IMG/VR virus record: IMGVR_UViG_3300027747_000926
Span: 1-55,448 of that record
Strand: one strand, 5' to 3'
Length of the DNA stretch: 55,448 nt
Source of the DNA: a virus
Taxonomy: Duplodnaviria; Caudoviricetes
A program made the translations under genes and the position numbers. Positions 54,139 to 55,448 of the stretch are shown piece by piece (the first letter of the stretch is position 1; the number at the start of each line of letters is the position of its first letter). The notes below the pieces were generated by a model, which saw only the letters and a program-made list of their open reading frames with translations, was not told the DNA's origin and made no database searches.

Positions 54139-55448
54139 GGTTAGATCCGTCTGTGCCGTTAGAGATAATGGCATCACGGAAACCAGCCCTTAATGCGGCA
54201 TTGACCACTCGGTTCTGAATCAACTTCTCCTGCTCTGCCACCTTATTTCTGGCGGCAGTCTTGTAATCATCTGTGTATCTTGGGTTAGATTCAATAGCTT
54301 GTAGACCGATACGCATCTGTTTAATCATCTGATCTGCACCTGAGATGATGGCTTTTGCCCCGCCCAGATTAGGATGTTCAGTCATGATCTCTCTACGTCT
54401 TGCCTCAGATGTAGCTGGTGACATCATTTCACGGTACTTAGTCTGCACAACCTCAGCGGCATTGCGCATAGCTCCAGCATCGTAGCCCTCAGGGATTTTG
54501 GCTGTTAGGCGATCAACTAGTGGGATTGCCATATCCTTAGTCTTCTCACCTCTAGCTGCTTGAATCGTTATTCCCGCGCCCTTATAGAGTTCTGAGAATA
54601 GTCCAGGCAAGTAGGACTGTATGAAGTAATCTGCCTTGCTAGGGTTGATGTCTAAGATTCCACTACTGTATTGGCTACCTCCAGTAGCTGAGTTCAATCC
54701 TCTGAATACCCCAACTGAGATTGGATTGGCAGTCTTAAAGTTCATGTAAGCCTGAGCCTCTTTGACATCACTAAAGGCGCTATCACCCTTAGATATTGGG
54801 CCACCAAAGCGGTTCTCATTAGCGCCTAACTCATAGATAGGAACCAACGGTGAAGGCAGTATGGTTTTTAGTAAGGCGCCAGTCGTTGTCTTAGACTCAG
54901 CACCTGAGCCTACTGGGGCAAAAGAATCAAAGGCGACTGAGAGTACTCTGCCAGCAGCTTCTTCCGCTTTGAGCTTACCGCCCCATACATCAGCTAAGTA
55001 GTGACCCATAGCAAATGGTACGTTCCATCCATAGGCAATAGGGATAGCGCCGCCAGGAACATCAGGGGCAAATATCAAAGCAGTAGCTCTCTTGTAGTTT
55101 GGAATCATGTCTAGCTTATCAATGCCAGGCTTATCATCATCCTCGCCGCCGATAGCCCTAGCCATCATGTTGCCCATCATGCCAAGTACCATCCATACGC
55201 CAGCAGTAGCGGCAAACTGGTTGCTAGGTAAGAACTTAGCAATGCCCTCCTCACCCCGACTGTAGTTCTGGAACATACGGAAAGTACCTTGGATTGCTGG
55301 GTTAGCAAACACATAGAGGGCGCGGAAGTTCTGAGATGCACCCTTCATGTTGAAGTTAACTGTCAATTCTTTGACGTATTTTGCAGCTTTCTCATCAGCC
55401 CAACCATTCTTAATAAGGACTTTAAACATAGCTAGGCGAGGCGCAGTT
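54083..55448 (-). CDS. C-terminal part of the giant polyvalent protein (LPD38-like region)
   Basis: LTVNFNMKG, LYVFANPAIQG, IPIAYGWNVPF and NENRFGGPI; in frame with 1-6947 across the overlap. Confidence 0.85.
   Translation of the reverse strand, partial: TAPRLAMFKVLIKNGWADEKAAKYVKELTVNFNMKGASQNFRALYVFANPAIQGTFRMFQNYSRGEEGIAKFLPSNQFAATAGVWMVLGMMGNMMARAIGGEDDDKPGIDKLDMIPNYKRATALIFAPDVPGGAIPIAYGWNVPFAMGHYLADVWGGKLKAEEAAGRVLSVAFDSFAPVGSGAESKTTTGALLKTILPSPLVPIYELGANENRFGGPISKGDSAFSDVKEAQAYMNFKTANPISVGVFRGLNSATGGSQYSSGILDINPSKADYFIQSYLPGLFSELYKGAGITIQAARGEKTKDMAIPLVDRLTAKIPEGYDAGAMRNAAEVVQTKYREMMSPATSEARRREIMTEHPNLGGAKAIISGADQMIKQMRIGLQAIESNPRYTDDYKTAARNKVAEQEKLIQNRVVNAALRAGFRDAIISNGTDGSNLNKIGRLARSQPSPELEE
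55308..55448. repeat. Terminal overlap, right copy
   Basis: 140/141 identical to positions 1-141. Confidence 0.97.

Overview
The window is a complete, circularly permuted temperate podovirus-like phage genome of about 55,307 bp. Positions 1-141 repeat at 55308-55448 with one synonymous mismatch. The host is probably a Burkholderiales betaproteobacterium, inferred from the tRNA-Asn fragment in attP. The minus strand from about 34.4 kb through position 1 and on to 54083 is the late operon: tRNA-Met, TerS, TerL, portal, scaffold, capsid, adaptors, long repeat-rich tail fibres, lysis genes, nozzle, GNAT and ejection proteins. It ends in a 2723-aa polyvalent protein that crosses the window end and is largely missed by the ORF track. 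The plus strand from 34.7 to 41.7 kb is an early or accessory block with an amidoligase and a glutamine amidotransferase. From 41.7 to 54.1 kb lie the primase-helicase, nucleases, a lambda CI-like repressor, ERF, an exonuclease, Xis, the integrase and attP. No DNA or RNA polymerase is visible. The most notable features are non-coding: (1) a 550-bp array of many different palindromes, several in 2-3 copies; (2) three covarying bulged hairpins in front of early genes; (3) an attP that carries the 5' half of tRNA-Asn; (4) dispersed 17-bp operators; (5) a hybrid initiator-like tRNA-Met. A shared ADGG motif also occurs in four virion-module proteins. All family assignments come from motif recognition by eye, not from database searches.
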